Source of the DNA: Fimicolochytrium jonesii
Lineage: Eukaryota
Length of the DNA: 64,000 bases
Assembly (NCBI RefSeq): GCF_025526975.1
Contig: NW_026515682.1
Coordinates: 372,001-436,000, forward strand
Direction of reading: 5' to 3'
In this document: one piece after another, positions 60,017 to 64,000 of the stretch
Numbering within the stretch: the first letter of the stretch is position 1
Layout of the letters: the number at the start of each line of letters is the position of its first letter
Position numbers and translations under genes: made by a program
Notes under the pieces: generated by a model
The model's database searches: none
Seen by the model: the letters and a program-made list of their open reading frames with translations, nothing else
Told to the model about the DNA's origin: nothing

Positions 60017-62600
60017 ATGGGACTTGCTCGTCTCACCGTGGTGCCAGTACCCTTTTCCGATGGTACAACCGAAACTCTCCCGGAACAAATCGTAGAAAGT
60101 CTCGAAGACTATAGCGCCGCAAACCCAGACGCGGATCTCAGATCGGTCTATGAATGGGCTAAAGCAACTGCCCTGGCGAGCTTCATAAAAAGATGCTCAG
60201 AGCATTTGAAGACAGTGTATTCAGAGAACCCGTCAAAGTGCCCCGGTGTTCCTGCGGGGACTACCGCTATCGAGTTTGATCCGGACGCTGTCTTGAGGAC
60301 CTTGCCAGATGGGTACAATCTTCTGAATCTGCATCGGAAGGATACTCATGGAAAAGACGGGAAGTTGCAGAGGCCCGATCCGTACCTCTTTGGGCATCCC
60401 AGGTTGGTATAGGGGGAGGTTGATTCGCGGAAGGGACCCCGAGCGGAGTCAATCCCAACATCTTTCCTGACCAGTGTCTCGTTGTAGTGGAAGCAAATTC
60501 CGAAGTTCGCCCGAGTTTTACCCACATCTTACATGGCTGGTCCTTAGCGACAACCACGATCCGGCGGAGTGCACATGCAAATACTGCCCTTCATGGGCGA
60601 AACGATTGTCGATTCTCACAGCTGAAGGGTTGCCCATCACCCCACGCAGAGCGCGCGCGCCTCGAAGGTCCGACGGGAGAAGTGCTACGAACTCTCCCTT
60701 GCCATCGTCACAACCCAATTCGACGCAGGTCTCGCCAAAACGAAGGATATCGGAGGTGGCTGGTTCCCAGGAGTCCGAGCCTACATCTACCCCGACTGGT
60801 TTACCAGCCAAGAAAAAGGCAAAGAAATCCAGCGCCGTGACAGATAACGATGTCGTGATAGTCGACGATGTCATTGCTGTTGACGACGAAGAACCGGCTC
60901 CATCACAGACCCTATCGCAAAAGGCTAAGAAATCCGCGCTGGCTGCTGCGCTAGCTAAGCGTGCGGGGTTGATGAATGTCGGGGTTGATTCTTCTCCGAG
61001 TGATCGACCCAAAGGTACCCCGAGTGTCGCGCATCGCGGGAGTCTGTCAACCGACCGGAAAGGCAAATCGACCGATCCGTTCGCCAAGGATGGTCCTCAA
61101 CCAGGACTTGTAAACATACCAGTATTGAAGTCGTTCCCGGAAGGCCCAGGAAGAGCGTCTTCTTCGCAAACCTCCCAAGCGCGCTCGAGCCAAGGCATGC
61201 AGAAGGTGGATATCCCTACTCTCGATGGGTTTCCTGGGATGCGACCGGCTTCTACAAAGAAGGCGGCTCCGCCGCTACAGCTTAAGGAGAAAAAGAAAAC
61301 GCCGGCAAGTGCGCCACAGACCAAATCAAGTAGTGTCAAGAAGCCGGCCACAAAAGTGGCTCGGCTCGCATCAAACAACGCCAATGTGGCTCAACCACAA
61401 CCTCAACAACCAGCGCAGCAGGCACCGCAACCGGCGCTTCCTGTTCTCCCGGCCACTCTCTACGACCCGCGAAGTGGACCGATACCCAAACCGCACAAAC
61501 CGGAGCCGATCTACCGCGTCGGCGAAGTGGTCTGGGTGCAGGCGTATTTGATGCTCAAGACCAACTCAACCACGCTCCCCATCCGCGGCAACAGTCAGGT
61601 CCATAGCATCGATATCGGCTGCTTACAGGACAAACTGGTGTATTGGCCGGGCGTGATCTGTTCGGTTCATTCAACCGAAAAGACGAAGAATAAGGCTGCC
61701 GAGATGGCTGCCGAGAACGATCAAGTCTTTAAGAAGGTTCTTGTTCCACCATTGTTCTTCCATGCTACACTTCCTGCCGGTGCTAGTCCTCAAGTGCCCA
61801 TCGCGACTGTAACGCCTACCCACACCTTCAACGACCTTAATGCCCTCACCGAGTATGATGCACGAGGCTACGTTGTCCGTTTGCTGAATGTGACCCCGAG
61901 TTCTCCGGGAGCGCTTACCACGATTATGGAACAATATCTCCGGCCTTTTGCGGGATACGTCCTCCCACGGCACCTGCGGTTCAATCCCAACGTTCTATCG
62001 CGGCTGAGACAGGCGATCACGGCCTCCGATCCGCTGCTCATGAATTACCTCCTCGTCGTGAACAAGACATACGATTACGCCCGAAGTCGAGTCAGCATCG
62101 TGAAGAAGTTACCACATCCATCAACTGGCATGGGCAACGGGTCGACCCAACATCCCATCATAGAAACGGTCCAAATCGGCGCGGAACATTTAACCCTCGG
62201 CGACCTCGTCCGCATCAACCTCCCCGTCCCGCCCCGGCCCGGCCCCAACGGCGCAACCGCGCAAGCAACACTCAACATCCGCGTCGCGCGTCTCGTCGCC
62301 ATCCACCACGCGGGTACACCCACCGACCCGGTCACGCTCGGTCTAAAACCGTACGTTGCGCGTGACGCCAAGTTCCCGTATGATATCAGCCACGCGACAT
62401 TGGGGATGCGCAACGGGAAGTGGGTCATTTTTGGGGCTGGTGGGGAGGGGAAGTTTGGCGGGGTGGTGGAGCCTGAGGTGGTGATTGGGGTTGACCAGGT
62501 GGTGGGGAGGTTTTATCCCCGGTTGACGGGGGTGGATGGGTGGGTGGGCCCGAGGAGAAATGATGGGAGGGTTGCGGCTGAGCCGGAGGAACTGGTGTGA
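60017..62600 (+). CDS. Clr2-like (cryptic loci regulator 2) transcriptional silencing protein
   Basis: FSDG..LPDGYNL..RPDPYLFGHP|SGSKFRSSPEFYPHLTWL..CTCKYC matches the Clr2 N-terminal pattern; YRVGEVVWV..YWPGVI and IGAEHLTLGDLVRI..VVGRFY match C-terminal motifs. Confidence 0.75.
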
Positions 62601-63294
62601 GTTTTGGAAGAAAGGAAGTGAACGTTATGATTGGCATGGGTATGGGAACATGGATAGGACCCTTGAGGAAGACGTGGGGATTGAAGCGTTACCTGATGGC
62701 TCGCGAGAAGCAAAATAATGCCCCCTCTGTCGGAATCCTTCTAGTATAGACAGATCCTAGGCACCAAAATTACTGCAGGTCCAGAGTAGGGGAGGCCTCG
62801 ATGCCCGGCTTGTAAACAATATGTAGGCCCACGTTTTACCACGATGTCCGTCCGTCAATCTCCGAGCGGCGTATGGTTGCTTCCGTGGAAAGTAAACTAG
62901 AGTTCTACAGGTTCAGCTAAGCGAACGGGTCTTGTCTGAGGATGTTCTAGTCTTCACCACATCTAAACCCCGCACTCAACTACGGCTCCTAGCCTCTCGT
63001 CTGCGAGTTTTAATGCCCCTCTCTGCCGCATCCCCGCCTGTTTGCTCTTAAACCCCACTTCCGGGCCCTCGGACAGCTTATCGAGCCGCCCGACCTCCCG
63101 TCTTATTGAATGGAACATGGATGTGATTCCGAGAAAGCCGGCTGTTCGTTTGATGCGGTTGGAAATCTGCTGTCCTTCCTATCGTTACCCGCTGGACGTA
63201 ACACCATCAATAATCCGCTCCTCACGTCTGCGAACCTCAACCCATCCATCATATCGAATCTCAACTTCCATACTTCACAACCCCACATCCCCAC

Positions 63295-63846
63295 TCACTC
63301 CCTAACCAACGCAACCCCGTTGATACAATACCGTTCCCCAGTCGGCATCGGCCCATCCCTAAACACATGCCCCAAATGTGAGTGGCATTTCGCACACACG
63401 ACCTCTGTCGCGCGCATCAGGCCTTGCCAATCGGGTCGGGTGTGTATCGCCGCTGCCAGTGGTGATCGCCCATCTGAATCTATTGATGAAGTTGGAAGCG
63501 TCGCAGGCTGGTAGAACGACGGCCACCCCGTCCGGCTATCGAACTGAGCGGCGGATTCAAAGACGGGGTGGTTGCAGGCTTTGCAGCGGTATAAATGGTT
63601 ATCGTCGGCATCAGTTGGTTGTTTGTGGGCATATGGGGATGTGAATGGAACTTCCGTGCCTTTTTTGCGAAGGACGTTGTATTCTGCGGGTGTGAGGGAG
63701 TTTTTCCACTCGGCTTCGTTTCGTGTGAAGGCGGGCGATGCGCGGGTTTGTGTGGGCGAGCGACGGGGGGAGAGGAGGGTGTAGGTTGCTGCGGAGGCGG
63801 TGAGGATGGCGGCGCTGGAGAGCAGGAGTTTGGTTTGGCGGTGCAT
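63295..63846 (-). CDS. msrB: Peptide methionine-R-sulfoxide reductase MsrB
   Basis: LTPAEYNVLRKKGTEVPF, YRCKAC, FDSRTGWPSF, EVVCAKCHSHLGHVFRDGP, RYCING; N-terminal targeting-like peptide. Confidence 0.96.
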   Translation of the reverse strand: MHRQTKLLLSSAAILTASAATYTLLSPRRSPTQTRASPAFTRNEAEWKNSLTPAEYNVLRKKGTEVPFTSPYAHKQPTDADDNHLYRCKACNHPVFESAAQFDSRTGWPSFYQPATLPTSSIDSDGRSPLAAAIHTRPDWQGLMRATEVVCAKCHSHLGHVFRDGPMPTGERYCINGVALVRE

Positions 63847-64000
63847 GTTGTTCGTATGGAGTATCTATTGTAGACGAGATGGATCAGACTTATTAAAGCC
63901 TGCGCAACGCTCACGTGATGAAACCCACGTGATGGAACGCTTTCTCGGACGCTCTTTTGGCCACCTGTACCGTACAGTACACCCTTCTGGTACTACTGTA

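Noticed and set aside
1..64000. tRNA or rRNA genes
   Set aside because: None recognised by eye; a tRNAscan-SE or Rfam run would be needed to exclude them.

Overview
Eukaryotic, intron-rich and gene-dense fungal DNA, probably from a zoosporic (chytrid-type) fungus: fungal housekeeping and chromatin genes sit beside an axoneme-type gene. Recognisable genes are a C1a-32/CFAP119-like flagellar protein, VAMP7, RAD5, lipin/PAH1, DBP9, SWI1/ARID1, an LRR-IQ protein, an FMP42/SLC43-like MFS transporter, SEC16, a PWWP protein, a Clr2-like silencing protein and MsrB. There is also a NADAR pseudogene and several orphan ORFs. The unusual part is a roughly 11 kb island (about 5.36-16.6 kb) with no intact gene, plus two small satellite sites (3.25-3.36 kb and 21.5-22.1 kb). 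These carry interstitial TTAGGG/CCCTAA repeats that repeatedly form inverted, fold-back-like junctions, and unrelated tandem arrays with periods of about 120-130 bp. They also hold a TATA-to-AATAAA repeat-rich unit whose satellites look like amplified exon+intron modules, and short fragments of several transposon classes (Ulp1-type protease, DIRS-like RT/RNase H, gypsy-like RNase H, copia integrase/SH3) eroded by small microhomology-type deletions. All calls come from reading motifs by eye; no searches were run. Spliced gene boundaries are approximate.
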